DNA of 64,000 nucleotides from Candidatus Omnitrophota bacterium (GTDB taxonomy: Bacteria > Omnitrophota > Gorgyraeia > Zapsychrales > Fredricksoniimonadaceae), in the NCBI GenBank assembly GCA_903901225.1, contig CAIUQE010000011.1, positions 1,453 through 65,452 on the forward strand, read 5' to 3'. The first letter of the stretch is position 1, and each line of letters starts with the position of its first letter. The position numbers and the translations under genes were made by a program. A model generated the notes under the pieces. The model was not told where the DNA came from. It ran no database searches and saw nothing but the letters and a program-made list of their open reading frames with translations. Below are positions 27,381 to 37,602 of this stretch, piece by piece.

Positions 27381-29251
27381 GGCGCCGGCTCCGCGCCATG
27401 CTTGCGCAGGTGGATCATCAGGACCGTTATCGCCGCCGGCGTCATGCCCGAAATGCGGTTGGCCTGACCCAGCGTCAACGGGCGAAAACGCCTGAGCTTT
27501 TCCCTCACTTCGTGGGATATCCCGTGCACCCTCGCCAGGTCGAGTCCCGGCGGGATACGGATATTTTCCAGATGCCGGAATTTGGCCACTTCTTTTTTCT
27601 GCTGCGCGATGAACCCCGCGTATTTCACGTCATACGCGACGCGCGCCGCCACCGCGGGCCGCGCCCCGGCCACCTCAGTGTCAAAACGCGCCACGTGCGC
27701 GAATTCCACCTGCGGGCGCTTGAGCAGATCATGCAGGGCCGCGCGCTGCGGCGCCGGCGCGCAATCAAGTTCCCGCAGCAGGCCATTGGTCTCCGCCAGC
27801 GGCGGGACCACCTCTTTCAACCGTTGTTCAAGGCGGCGCGCCTCGTCATATTTCCTGACAACAGCCGCGTGTTCCTCTTCCGTGACGAGCCCGAACTTGC
27901 GGCCATAACGCGCCAGCCGCTCGTCGGTATTATCCTCCCGGACCAGAAGCCGGTATTCCACGCGGGAGGTGAACATCCGGTAAGGCTCATTGGTGCCTCG
28001 CGTGACAAGATCGTCGATCAGGACACCCGTGTAGGCTTCCTCACGGCCGAGGATGAACGGCGCCTCTCCTTTGACGGCCAGCGCGGCATTGATCCCGGCG
28101 ACGATGCCCTGTGCCGCCGCCTCCTCGTAGCCTGTCGTGCCGTTGAGCTGGCCGGCGAAGAACAGCCCGCCGACGCGTTTGGCCTCCAGCGTATGGCCCA
28201 ATTCCTCGGCGTAAATGACGCCGTGCTCGATGGAATAACCGTAACGGACGAACGCGGCCTTCTCCAGGCCCGGAATAGTCCTCACGAAAGCTTCCTGGAC
28301 CTCCGCCGGAAGGCCCGTGGAAAGGCCGTTGGGATAAACGATATCCGTATCCAACCCGTCGGGCTCAAGGAAAACGGGGTGGCTCTTTTTGTCCGCGAAC
28401 TTTTTGAGCTTGTCCTCGATCGACGGGCAGTAACGCACGCCGGTCGCGTCGATCTGCCCCGAATACATGGGCGAAAGGTGGAAATTGTCCCGGATGACCT
28501 GGTGGGTGGCCTCATTCGTCTGGGTCAACCAGCACGGCAAGCGTTCCTCCGGGCCAGGCAGCGCGCGCGTGCGGAAAGAGAAAGGGATGCTGTTCTCGTC
28601 GGAATGCTGGGCCCTCAGGCACGCGCGGTCAATGGTCCTGCCGTCAAGCCGCGGCGGCGTCCCTGTCTTGAAATTACGCAACACGAACCCGAGCCCCTCG
28701 AGGCTTTTGGCCAGCGCGTGCGCGGCTTTTTCATCGATACGGCCGCCAGGCGTGATCACCGGGCCCAGATGCATGCGGCCGTTCAAGAATGTTCCCGCCG
28801 TCACCACCACGGCCGCGGCGCCGAATTCCGTGCCGTCGGCCATCCTGACACCGCTCACGCGCCCGCCCGCCGTCAGGATATCCGCCGCCTCACCCTCGTA
28901 AAAATCAAGGTGCTCCTGCCGCCGGACAACCGCCTGCATATGCAAACGGTAACGTGCCCGGTCCGACTGCACGCGCGAGGAGCGGACCGCGGCGCCCTTG
29001 GAGCCATTCAATTGGCGGAACTGGATGCCCGTGCGGTCCGCGGCGAAGCCCATTTCGCCACCGAGGATATCCACCTCACGCACAAGCTGCCCCTTGCCCA
29101 CGCCGCCGATGGCCGGATTACAGCTCATCTGGCCGATGGTCGTAAAGGCATAATTGACCATGAGCGTGGACACGCCCATGCGGGCCGAAGCGAGGGCCGC
29201 TTCCACGCCGGCATGGCCGGCACCGATGACAATACAACCGAATGACCGCAT
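27377..29251 (-). CDS. mnmG: tRNA uridine 5-carboxymethylaminomethyl modification enzyme MnmG (GidA)
   Basis: The 624-aa product has the FAD-binding motif GAGHAGVEAA and MSCNPAIGG. It is full length. Confidence 0.92.
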   Translation of the reverse strand: MRSFGCIVIGAGHAGVEAALASARMGVSTLMVNYAFTTIGQMSCNPAIGGVGKGQLVREVDILGGEMGFAADRTGIQFRQLNGSKGAAVRSSRVQSDRARYRLHMQAVVRRQEHLDFYEGEAADILTAGGRVSGVRMADGTEFGAAAVVVTAGTFLNGRMHLGPVITPGGRIDEKAAHALAKSLEGLGFVLRNFKTGTPPRLDGRTIDRACLRAQHSDENSIPFSFRTRALPGPEERLPCWLTQTNEATHQVIRDNFHLSPMYSGQIDATGVRYCPSIEDKLKKFADKKSHPVFLEPDGLDTDIVYPNGLSTGLPAEVQEAFVRTIPGLEKAAFVRYGYSIEHGVIYAEELGHTLEAKRVGGLFFAGQLNGTTGYEEAAAQGIVAGINAALAVKGEAPFILGREEAYTGVLIDDLVTRGTNEPYRMFTSRVEYRLLVREDNTDERLARYGRKFGLVTEEEHAAVVRKYDEARRLEQRLKEVVPPLAETNGLLRELDCAPAPQRAALHDLLKRPQVEFAHVARFDTEVAGARPAVAARVAYDVKYAGFIAQQKKEVAKFRHLENIRIPPGLDLARVHGISHEVREKLRRFRPLTLGQANRISGMTPAAITVLMIHLRKHGAEPAP

Positions 29252-29267
29252 AAAGAATTAAAGGATG

Positions 29268-30281
29268 TTAAGACGCCCCGACGGGCAGACAGGAATCGCG
29301 CACCACAAGTTCCGGGTCGAGCGCGACCCTGTATTTCTGGTCGCGCTTGCCGGTGACCATCTCGTGCAGCACGCGCACGCTTTTTTCGGCCATCTCAAAG
29401 ACCGGCTGGCGGATGGTCGTCAACGCCACGGGCCCGTAAATGGCCTGCGGGTTATCGTCAAAACCCATGACCGAAATATCCTCGGGGACGCGAATTCCCA
29501 TTTCATAGGCCACGGCGATGACCTCCAGCGCCATGTCATCGCTGTGCGCGAAGACAGCGGTCGGCCGGCGGGCATCGTCCATGGAAAAGAAATATTCCGC
29601 CGCCTGCCGGGCGCTGCGCCTGGAATAATCGCCATTGAACACAAGTTCCTTGGAGATCGCCACCTTCAGCTCGTCGATCCCCTTCATGAAACCGTCAAAC
29701 CGGTCAAAGCCCGCCTGCGTCCTGAGGTTCCCCGTGATGACCGCGATCCTGCGATGGCCAAGGCTGACGAGGTATTCCGCCGCAAGCTTGCCTCCCTTGA
29801 AATTATTGATGGCGATATAACTGACATCAATGTCCTCGACAACATTATTGATGACCAGGCAGGGGACATTCTCGTCGTGCGCCTGCTGGACCTGTTTGGC
29901 ATTCTCAATGATATCCGCGAAAATGACCCCGCCGAGGTAACTCGTATTCAGCGGGTTGTTCCCGTCACTGATATGGAAGACCATGTCCAGCCGCAGCGAT
30001 TCGCAGGCATGCCCGACGCCGCGGATGATCTCGATGGCAAAAAAAGAATGAAAAATGCCCGGGTACCCCGGCATGACAAGCCCAATGGTATTGTTGGTGC
30101 CGCTGGCCAGGCGCTGCGCGCTGATATTCGGGCGGTATTTCAACTCCGCGATGGCCTGGTCGACCTTCTTGATATTTCTGGGATTAACCGAGGGGAACTT
30201 GTTGATGACGCGCGAGACAGTCGTTATGGAGACCTTCGCGCGGCGGGCCACGTCTTTAATGCTGATGCGATTGGATGCCAC
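29268..30281 (-). CDS. LacI-family transcriptional regulator
   Basis: The 337-aa product has an N-terminal helix-turn-helix (IKDVARRAKVSITTVSRVIN) and a periplasmic-binding-protein-like sugar-binding core. Confidence 0.85.
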   Translation of the reverse strand: MASNRISIKDVARRAKVSITTVSRVINKFPSVNPRNIKKVDQAIAELKYRPNISAQRLASGTNNTIGLVMPGYPGIFHSFFAIEIIRGVGHACESLRLDMVFHISDGNNPLNTSYLGGVIFADIIENAKQVQQAHDENVPCLVINNVVEDIDVSYIAINNFKGGKLAAEYLVSLGHRRIAVITGNLRTQAGFDRFDGFMKGIDELKVAISKELVFNGDYSRRSARQAAEYFFSMDDARRPTAVFAHSDDMALEVIAVAYEMGIRVPEDISVMGFDDNPQAIYGPVALTTIRQPVFEMAEKSVRVLHEMVTGKRDQKYRVALDPELVVRDSCLPVGAS

Positions 30282-30287
30282 GGCTCG

Positions 30288-31685
30288 TCACCTTACGGTA
30301 TCGCCGACGGAGAAAGGAGCAAGTTTTTGCTTGATGTCAGCGGCAGAGATGTCCTGGCGGACCTGGATGACCTCGACGGAACCGATCTGCGCGCCGTTAT
30401 GGTAAACGCCGAGCGCGTCACCGACGCGGATGCCGGTCTTATCGCCAAGGCTGACAATGATGAAATTGTTCTCGTCATTGACGCTCACGACACTGCCCTG
30501 AAAATTCCTGGGGGCGGCGGCCGCGGCCTGGGACGCCGCCTTCCGGGCGCCGCCTTTTTTGCTGCTGACGACAATGGGCGCCAGTTCGACTTCACCTGAA
30601 GGTGTCCGCGTGTTCTTCGCGCCATCCGCGCCAAAACGGGTGTCAATGTCCTTCTTGATCTGCCACATCTCATCAACGCGGGACTGGATAACGCTCTCCG
30701 TCTCGGATAGTTTCTTTTCGATCGACGCTTTTTCTTCCGACAGCGTGGAAACGCTCTTCTCAAGCGCCACTTTCGTCGTCGTCAACTGCTTGATGTTGAA
30801 CCGCAGTTGCTGGTTCTCGGCAAGCAGTTGGTCGGAGCGGTCCTGGGAAAGTTTTTGCTCATTACGGGCGCGCGCCAGTTCGACGGAAATATTGTCAGCC
30901 AGGTCTTCGCCATACTTGATCTTGCGGATGATCGCCTCTTTCTCGTTCTTGATGCGTCCTAACTCGATCTCAAGGTCGGAGTTGCTCTTTTTGAGGTCGG
31001 TGACAAAAAGTGTCGAATCATTGAGCTGCGTCTTGATTTTCTGCAACTCCAGTTCAAGCCCCGCCTTTTCACGGACAATGGCGGCCCAGTATTTCTCATT
31101 CTCGCGTCCCGCCGTTTCGGACGACGCGCCGAACATATCCTTTACCGCCTGCCCCGGCGTAACCCCGTCGGGATTTCCGGCAGCGGAGGCCGTCGCGCCT
31201 GGCAGAACCCCTGCCCCGCTCGCGTCAACGCCAACTCCCGTGGCACTGTCACGGTAAACGATCTTTTCGACGACTTTTTCCGGGCGGTTCTTGAGGTCCG
31301 TGACCTGCTTGATCAGGTCGTCCCGCTCCCGGCGAAGATTCTCGATCTTGCCGTCAAGGACTTCGCCATTCCTGCGCGCCTTGTCAACATCCCGCGACAA
31401 CTGCTCCGCGTCGCTCTTGGCCGCGTCAACTTTTCTCAACAGGTCGGCATTATCCGCGTTGCGCTGATCAAGGTCCCACTTGAACCTGGCGGAATCATCC
31501 TGCAGGGTCTTTATTTTTTTCTGGTATTCGGTGGATTTTGCTTCGTAGTCGGCAACTTCGGAGGTCAGGGAAGCGACGCGCGTTTCGGCATTCTGTTTCT
31601 GAAGATAAAATACGATCGCGAAAGCAACGCTGAGAACAATAAGAACGCCCAGGATCAGGATGCTCTGCTTGATTTGTTTGTCCAT
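30288..31685 (-). CDS. Membrane-anchored coiled-coil protein of unknown function
   Basis: The product is about 465 aa from the ATG (MDKQIKQ ...) preceded by GGAG. The ORF track starts at a GTG 15 nt upstream. One N-terminal transmembrane helix is followed by about 300 aa of coiled coil and a small C-terminal beta domain. Confidence 0.45.
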   Translation of the reverse strand: MDKQIKQSILILGVLIVLSVAFAIVFYLQKQNAETRVASLTSEVADYEAKSTEYQKKIKTLQDDSARFKWDLDQRNADNADLLRKVDAAKSDAEQLSRDVDKARRNGEVLDGKIENLRRERDDLIKQVTDLKNRPEKVVEKIVYRDSATGVGVDASGAGVLPGATASAAGNPDGVTPGQAVKDMFGASSETAGRENEKYWAAIVREKAGLELELQKIKTQLNDSTLFVTDLKKSNSDLEIELGRIKNEKEAIIRKIKYGEDLADNISVELARARNEQKLSQDRSDQLLAENQQLRFNIKQLTTTKVALEKSVSTLSEEKASIEKKLSETESVIQSRVDEMWQIKKDIDTRFGADGAKNTRTPSGEVELAPIVVSSKKGGARKAASQAAAAAPRNFQGSVVSVNDENNFIIVSLGDKTGIRVGDALGVYHNGAQIGSVEVIQVRQDISAADIKQKLAPFSVGDTVR

Positions 31686-31780
31686 GAATGCTCCGGCCAC
31701 CAGGATACGGATAATAGGATTAGAACACTTGGAATATTAACAAAGGAAAGGGGGAGACTCAAGGGAAAAAAAGATTATTT

Positions 31781-32437
31781 TTACTCGAAACGGATATCGT
31801 CAAGATATAACGTGCAGTGATGCGGATTGGCGTCCACGTTCGCGACCCATTCAAAGCCGCCGCTGATATACGACAGATCCTTGCCGCGCAGGTCAATGGT
31901 GTATTCTTTCCATTGTTTCGTAAGGATAACAGGCCCTATGCTGACCGTATCGCTGTCCGGATAATTCTGGTTGGCCCCAAGCCCGCCGACGCGGAATTCT
32001 TCGAGGCGCTCCCCGCCCATCTCACCCTTGGCCCAGAAAACAAGGCGGGTAGCCCCCGTCAGGTTATAACCGCCCTTCCTGGCGCCCCAGTTGTCCGCCG
32101 GGTTCTGCCAGTAAACACCGACCCATTTTCGCCCTTCGGCGGAACAGACCACATCATAAACAATGCGCAGGCAGGTTTTGCCTTCCTTGACATCATTCTG
32201 CCAGCCATCATCCACGGTCACGCATTGCCCGTCAGGCATGTAGCCCGATGGCGTGAAACGATTCCTGGAACTCTTGTCCTGATAGACATAAAACGGCGGG
32301 AACGCTTTGACCGCTGTTGTGACAACAGCCGCCTGCGCTGTCCTTGCGCCGGCGGTGCCCGGCGTGTCTTTGGAACACGCCGAGGCGCCCGCGGCAAGGA
32401 TCAAAATACCTGCGAAATATGCAGTTACCTTCCTCAT
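31781..32437 (-). CDS. Lipoprotein of unknown function, possibly glycan-binding
   Basis: The 218-aa product has the lipobox LAAGASAC. It is beta-rich with W/Y/G-rich segments. It sits at the edge of the carbohydrate locus. Confidence 0.4.
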   Translation of the reverse strand: MRKVTAYFAGILILAAGASACSKDTPGTAGARTAQAAVVTTAVKAFPPFYVYQDKSSRNRFTPSGYMPDGQCVTVDDGWQNDVKEGKTCLRIVYDVVCSAEGRKWVGVYWQNPADNWGARKGGYNLTGATRLVFWAKGEMGGERLEEFRVGGLGANQNYPDSDTVSIGPVILTKQWKEYTIDLRGKDLSYISGGFEWVANVDANPHHCTLYLDDIRFE

Positions 32438-32439
32438 TA

Positions 32440-33363
32440 TTACTTCTTCGCCACAGGAACAGCCGCTTCCAGCTCAACGATCTTCTGCTGCGCCGCTTCC
32501 GCGGGCTTCCAGAACCAGCCGTTCGGGTCCCAGCACTGCGCGTAAAGATAATCGCTCACGACACGCTTGAACGCGGCAATAGCCTCGTCTTTCTTGTCAG
32601 CGATGCGATACGCCTCGCCTAAAATGAACATGCCCGTGCCGACATCGTTGAGCGCCCAGAAAGAATGTATCTTTTCAGGGGACTCCCACGCGTATTCGGT
32701 CATCGACGCCTGCATTTTCTTCGCGGTATCGCCGTAAACCGATACCAGCTTCGCGTTGTACGCGATCACCAGGTTAAGGTCCTTCTTGGCCAGCGCGTCC
32801 CAGAGCCTGCTCACGATCGTCGCCGAGGACATGTTCCCGAAATCAAGGTCCAGCCCTTTTTCGATCATGGAGATCCTGTCATTCGCCGCGTCCACGGGCT
32901 TCCAGAACGACTTGTTGCCCGGGTCATAGCACTGCCCGAAAGAAAATTCCTTGATAACGCGCTGGAACACGGCCTTGGCCTGATCCGTCTGCTTGGCCTG
33001 ACGGTATGCCTCACCCTGGATATAAAGGCACGTGGCCACGTCATTAAGGGCCCAGAAAGAAAACACCTTCTGGTCATCCCCGGCAGGAAATTCCTTCAGG
33101 TCCGCCTGCATTTTCGCGGCGGCCGCCCCGTAAAGCTCAACGCATTTATTGGTGTAGACCAGGACAGCCTCGAGATTCTTGTCCGTGAGGGCCTGCCAGG
33201 CTTTCGTGGCCAGCGTCGAAGACCTGAAATCGCCGAATTTATACGACGGCGCCGCTGCCGCTCCCGCGCCCGCGCCCGGGATCGGGGTCGCCTGGGCATG
33301 CGCGAACTGGATCCCCGCGGGAGCCATGAACAACGCACAAATGATAACTGCCAACTTCTTCAT
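32440..33363 (-). CDS. Secreted protein with two tandem helical modules of about 140 aa each; the module recurs at the N-terminus of the adjacent glycoside hydrolase
   Basis: The start is trimmed to MKKLAVII ..., which has a signal peptide and is preceded by CAGGAGG. There is an internal duplication (FWALNDVATCLYIQGEAYRQAKQTDQAKAVFQRVIKEFSFGQCYDPGNKSFWKP versus FWALNDVGTGMFILGEAYRIADKKDEAIAAFKRVVSDYLYAQCWDPNGWFWKP). Confidence 0.5.
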   Translation of the reverse strand: MKKLAVIICALFMAPAGIQFAHAQATPIPGAGAGAAAAPSYKFGDFRSSTLATKAWQALTDKNLEAVLVYTNKCVELYGAAAAKMQADLKEFPAGDDQKVFSFWALNDVATCLYIQGEAYRQAKQTDQAKAVFQRVIKEFSFGQCYDPGNKSFWKPVDAANDRISMIEKGLDLDFGNMSSATIVSRLWDALAKKDLNLVIAYNAKLVSVYGDTAKKMQASMTEYAWESPEKIHSFWALNDVGTGMFILGEAYRIADKKDEAIAAFKRVVSDYLYAQCWDPNGWFWKPAEAAQQKIVELEAAVPVAKK

Positions 33364-33449
33364 GTCACTACCTCCTGTTAGGTTTGAGTTTTTTTGATAC
33401 CCTTTTTTGTTTCCAAAAAAATGTAAACGTAAGTATGACACATTTTCGG

Positions 33450-35768
33450 CTATTTTGCCACTTTACCGGTCCACATCAGCTGGTACGTGAAATACGCCTT
33501 GTGCAGCTGCCGCAGGAGAGGGCTTTGCGCCCCGTCCCCCTGTCCTGTCAGGCCGAACCATTCTTCAAAATAATACCCCCCCGCGAACGGCCCGAAAACA
33601 TCGGCTTTGGTATCATGCCGGGACGGCTCATAATTTTTCCACCATTCATCAAGCCATTCAAAAGCCACCCCGCCGACAGCGTTGCCTTCGCCTTCGGCGT
33701 GCCCCGCGGAATTGGCCAGGATGTCCATCCAGCTGCCGCGGTGATAATCCGCCTGGGCCGCCTGGGCATCCTCATCGCTTGAGAACTTGGAATAACCTGG
33801 CGCGCCATACTCCGTGATGAATGCCGGACGATCAACCGCTTCCCGTACTTCATCCCAGAAAGACCCAAAGCCGTAATCCCCGCGATACACATTTCCGCCA
33901 TAAACATCCACATCCGGCGCGTATTGCGCCATCTTGTCGACAAAAAGCGTGTCGCCGTTGCAAACCGCCACCGGATGGTCGGGATCGATCTCCTTGATGC
34001 GTTTGGCCACCTGGTTAACGAACTTGAAGTACGCGTCCGGCTTCTTGTCCGCGTTCGAAGCGACACCGTAATTGTTCTCGTTGCCCAGAAGCCATAACAG
34101 GACAAACGGCTCGTCCTTAAGCTCCTTCACCGTGGCTTCGACCGCCTTCATCATGTTCGCCTGATGCTGCGGATTCTCATAATCGGTACCGGGATTCCAG
34201 TCCGCGCCTGAGCCGATGGCATACTTGCCCAGAAAGTTTTCGATGATCGCCATGATGCCGTACTTATTATAAAGCTCCCGCAGGAGTTCTTTGTTGATCT
34301 TGTTGTTATCATACACGCGGAGCGTGTTGACCCCCATGTCTTTCATCAGCTGAAAATCACCGACAGCCTTTTCACCGGGATCCTGCACATTATTAAGATT
34401 CTTGTCAACCCAGGCCAGGTGTGCGCTGTCCGCCTGCTGGTACATCCAGTTCTCCAGCGTGCCCTTGTCAGGCGACTGGCCGATCTTCGTCGGCGCGTAG
34501 GTCACGCCCCTGATCATGAAGGGCTTGCCGTTGACCAGCATCTGCCAGTGCCCGTTGGCATACTGCACGAACTTCACCTTCTTCCCGCCGATGGTACGTT
34601 TGACGGCGCCGCATTTGACAATATCCCCCTTGAGCGGGTCTTCAGGCTTCCGCAAGGCCGTGATCACCCCCGGATCAACGATAAAAATATCATTCGCCGT
34701 GTCCTTGTCCGCGCCGTTGATCACGCGCACTTTCCCGCCTTTGTACTTCAGCTTCAACTCGGGATGGAAACGGATGATGTTCTTGATCTTGGCCGCGGCC
34801 GCCTGGGCGGGATACCAGGGCGTTTGCCAGTAGGTCATGCCGAACGTCCTTGGAAAATGAACAACAAGGGCATGGTACGCCTTGATCGCCTCGACGTACA
34901 ATTTTGACCGCTCCAGGGTCTGCGCGGTATAAAAAAGCTTGACCCCCGGATTCTCCTGCGCCGTGCCCCATTTATAGAAAGAAGCCTCCAGGTCACGCGT
35001 GTTGACATGGTCCCAGTGGCTGCCGTTCAAACGCCCCTGCTTATAAACCTCCCTGTACCGCGGGTCTTTAAGGATATCCGCGGTGTTGGGATAAACACCC
35101 TCTCCCGTGGCGACGGCAAGGATGGCGGGATTACCCATATGATACGCGTAATCCTTCGTCCCGATCCCGGAAAACTTCCCGTATTTGGTATAGTCGATCA
35201 CCGCGTCTTTACCGGGCTTCGCGAGGACCGGCAGCAACAACGGCGCCTGACGCGCCGCCGCTTCCTTTGCCTCGCTGACGCCCGTCAGCTGGTCCGTGAT
35301 GATCCTGGATTTTTCCGCGATCGACCAGTACCCGCCACGGCTGGCATCCCAGGCCTGGCTGTAAGGATACTCCTTGACGATCTCCTGCGCGAGCGCCACG
35401 GCTTCTTCCGTCTTGCCCTGCCCCCTCAAGCCTTCCAGGCGGACAAAATGGATGACCGCCACGTCGTTCATCACTTTATACGCGTCGATCTTCTCGCGCG
35501 TTGGGAAATCGGTCAATCCCGCGTGCAGCGCCATGGCCTGCGGCTCGTAAGCCTTGAGAGCATCCGTAAAGATCTGCTCGAGCCCGATATAATCCCCCCT
35601 GTGCAGCGCGTCCCAGGCCAGACCCGCCATTTCTCCCGATGATCTGATCGGCGCTTCCACGGCCACGGGGACTTGCGGAACAGGGGCCGTCTCAGCCTTC
35701 ACGCCAGCCGCAACCGACGTCAAAAGAACGCAAAAGATGACAAATGACGAACACACTTTTCTATCCAT
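33450..35768 (-). CDS. Secreted GH-A clan (TIM-barrel) glycoside hydrolase with an N-terminal helical module
   Basis: The 772-aa product has a signal peptide. It has the GH-A acid/base motif (LLGNENNYG) and the nucleophile motif (AFITEYGAP). Its N-terminal roughly 150 aa are homologous to the repeats of the 32440-33363 product. Confidence 0.6.
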   Translation of the reverse strand: MDRKVCSSFVIFCVLLTSVAAGVKAETAPVPQVPVAVEAPIRSSGEMAGLAWDALHRGDYIGLEQIFTDALKAYEPQAMALHAGLTDFPTREKIDAYKVMNDVAVIHFVRLEGLRGQGKTEEAVALAQEIVKEYPYSQAWDASRGGYWSIAEKSRIITDQLTGVSEAKEAAARQAPLLLPVLAKPGKDAVIDYTKYGKFSGIGTKDYAYHMGNPAILAVATGEGVYPNTADILKDPRYREVYKQGRLNGSHWDHVNTRDLEASFYKWGTAQENPGVKLFYTAQTLERSKLYVEAIKAYHALVVHFPRTFGMTYWQTPWYPAQAAAAKIKNIIRFHPELKLKYKGGKVRVINGADKDTANDIFIVDPGVITALRKPEDPLKGDIVKCGAVKRTIGGKKVKFVQYANGHWQMLVNGKPFMIRGVTYAPTKIGQSPDKGTLENWMYQQADSAHLAWVDKNLNNVQDPGEKAVGDFQLMKDMGVNTLRVYDNNKINKELLRELYNKYGIMAIIENFLGKYAIGSGADWNPGTDYENPQHQANMMKAVEATVKELKDEPFVLLWLLGNENNYGVASNADKKPDAYFKFVNQVAKRIKEIDPDHPVAVCNGDTLFVDKMAQYAPDVDVYGGNVYRGDYGFGSFWDEVREAVDRPAFITEYGAPGYSKFSSDEDAQAAQADYHRGSWMDILANSAGHAEGEGNAVGGVAFEWLDEWWKNYEPSRHDTKADVFGPFAGGYYFEEWFGLTGQGDGAQSPLLRQLHKAYFTYQLMWTGKVAK

Positions 35769-35807
35769 AATAAAACTTGTCTCACGTGAACGATGGTTTG
35801 TATTTAT

Positions 35808-36653
35808 TTAGCCAACAAGCGCGCCGGAAGAAAGTCCTTTAACAATGTGTTTTTGCATCAGAAGGTAAATCCCGATAATGGGGACCGCCGTTATGGTGAG
35901 CCCGGCCATCAACACAGGATAGTCCACCTGATAAGCACCATTGAAGACCATGAGCCCCCTCTGCAACGGCATCAGGTCATTCTCATTCAAAAGCAGCGCC
36001 GCCAGGATATATTCGTTCCAGACGTTCAGCGCATTGTAAATAACAACGACCGCCAGCGCCGGCGCCGCCAGCGGCATGGCCACGTGCCACCATATCTGCA
36101 GGCTGTTGCACCCGTCAATGCGCGCGGCATCCTCAAGGTCAGAAGGCATCTTGTCGAAGAACGTCTTGAGCAGGAAAATACTCAGGGGAAGCCCGACGTT
36201 GATCATGCACAGGATATAACCGAAACGGGTATTGGTCAAATGAAGTTTGTTCATCATCACGAACAGAGGCACAAAGCTCCCCGGCAACGGGATCATCATC
36301 GCCGCGATGAAAATATAGAACAGCACGTTGCGTCCCGGAAAAGACAGGCGGGAAAAAGCGAACGCCGCCAGCGACGCGACCAGGACAATGCCCGTGACAA
36401 CGCAGACAGTATAAACCATGCTGTTAAAAAAATAAACACCGAAATTACCGCGGGTCCAGGCCAGCGCGTAATTGTGCCAGTTGAGCTCGCGGGGGATCAG
36501 CGATTGGTCAACAAAGATCGTGGTATTCGACATAAAGGAGGAGCGCAACATCCAGAAGACCGGAAATAGACAGGCCACCGTCATGGCCATCAGGAACAGA
36601 TGGAGCGCGGTGCTCTTGCAAAAACTCTCTATGGCGTAACGGTTCCTGAACAT
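35808..36653 (-). CDS. Carbohydrate ABC transporter permease (MalG-like)
   Basis: The 281-aa product has 6 transmembrane helices and an EAA-like loop (LEDAARIDGCNSLQIWWHVAMP). Confidence 0.8.
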   Translation of the reverse strand: MFRNRYAIESFCKSTALHLFLMAMTVACLFPVFWMLRSSFMSNTTIFVDQSLIPRELNWHNYALAWTRGNFGVYFFNSMVYTVCVVTGIVLVASLAAFAFSRLSFPGRNVLFYIFIAAMMIPLPGSFVPLFVMMNKLHLTNTRFGYILCMINVGLPLSIFLLKTFFDKMPSDLEDAARIDGCNSLQIWWHVAMPLAAPALAVVVIYNALNVWNEYILAALLLNENDLMPLQRGLMVFNGAYQVDYPVLMAGLTITAVPIIGIYLLMQKHIVKGLSSGALVG

Positions 36654-36654
36654 C

Positions 36655-37602
36655 TTATGCCTGCCTTAAACGGTTGAAGATCGCTTTCAACGTGAATGAT
36701 GCCGCCACAAGGATAACGCCGAAAATAACCGCCTGCGCGCAGGCATAACCGAACTGGTTCATGCCCGACATCGACGCCAGGATGCGCGTGACAGGAACCT
36801 CCGTGTGATATACCAGCCCCTGGTTGACCAGCGACAGAATCAGGACGAACACCTGCATCGACCCCAGGATGGTCAGGATCACCACGAGCAGGATCACGGG
36901 GATCATCATGGGGATCGTAATATTACAAAACATGCTCCAGCCGCCCGCGCCGTCAACTTTGGCCGCGTCATACAACTGGCGGTCAATGGTCTGCAATCCC
37001 GCGAGCAGCATGATGAAACCCCAGCCAAACCCTTTCCAGGCGTGCACCACGGCGATGCAGGTCAACGCGGTCGCGGGATCGGAAAGCCAGTTATGCACAA
37101 GGTTTGGAAAGCCGGTCTGGACGATGAAATTATTCAAAAGCCCTATCTGCTGGCCGCCCTGGGTGCCGGAGTTGAGGATCCAGTTCCACAGGATGCCCAC
37201 GACGATCTCGGAAAGCACGGGGGGGATGAAAAAAACCAGGCGGTAAAACCTTTTCAGGCGGATCTCGCGGTCGCAGGCCAGCGCCAGCGCGAACGCCAGC
37301 GCGTTCTGGAACGTGAGCGCGATGAGCGTGATATAACCCGCGTGGCCCATCGCGGACCACCAGACCTTATCGCCCAAAAGCTCCTGAAAATTCCGGAGCC
37401 CCACGAACGTTTTCGGGCCGATCCCCGGCCACTGGTGGAGGGAAAGATTGAACAGCTCGCAGAACGGATAAATATAGAAAACAGCAAAGATGGCCACCGC
37501 GGGAAGGACAAAAAGAAAATTCCTGAACGCGTCGCGCGCGGGGGGCCGATAACCGGAAAAATTTTGTCCCATAATCACATTCCCTGTATCCGGGCGGATC
37601 AT
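36655..37602 (-). CDS. Carbohydrate ABC transporter permease (MalF-like)
   Basis: The start is trimmed to the ATG at 37602, which overlaps the binding-protein stop in an ATGA junction. The ORF track's 37821 start would overlap the upstream gene by 220 nt. The product has 6 transmembrane helices and an EAA loop (YDAAKVDGAGGWSMF). Confidence 0.75.
   Translation of the reverse strand: MIRPDTGNVIMGQNFSGYRPPARDAFRNFLFVLPAVAIFAVFYIYPFCELFNLSLHQWPGIGPKTFVGLRNFQELLGDKVWWSAMGHAGYITLIALTFQNALAFALALACDREIRLKRFYRLVFFIPPVLSEIVVGILWNWILNSGTQGGQQIGLLNNFIVQTGFPNLVHNWLSDPATALTCIAVVHAWKGFGWGFIMLLAGLQTIDRQLYDAAKVDGAGGWSMFCNITIPMMIPVILLVVILTILGSMQVFVLILSLVNQGLVYHTEVPVTRILASMSGMNQFGYACAQAVIFGVILVAASFTLKAIFNRLRQA

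Noticed and set aside
27398-29245. A 615-aa plus-strand ORF antisense to mnmG. Similar long antisense ORFs are 19541-20731 opposite mnmE, 25591-26727 opposite the MgtE-N gene, 6936-8015 opposite the amidase and 7519-8604.
   Set aside because: High-GC genomes generate long stop-free antisense frames. The products are Arg/Pro/Ala-rich low-complexity sequence. The sense-strand genes have unmistakable conserved motifs.
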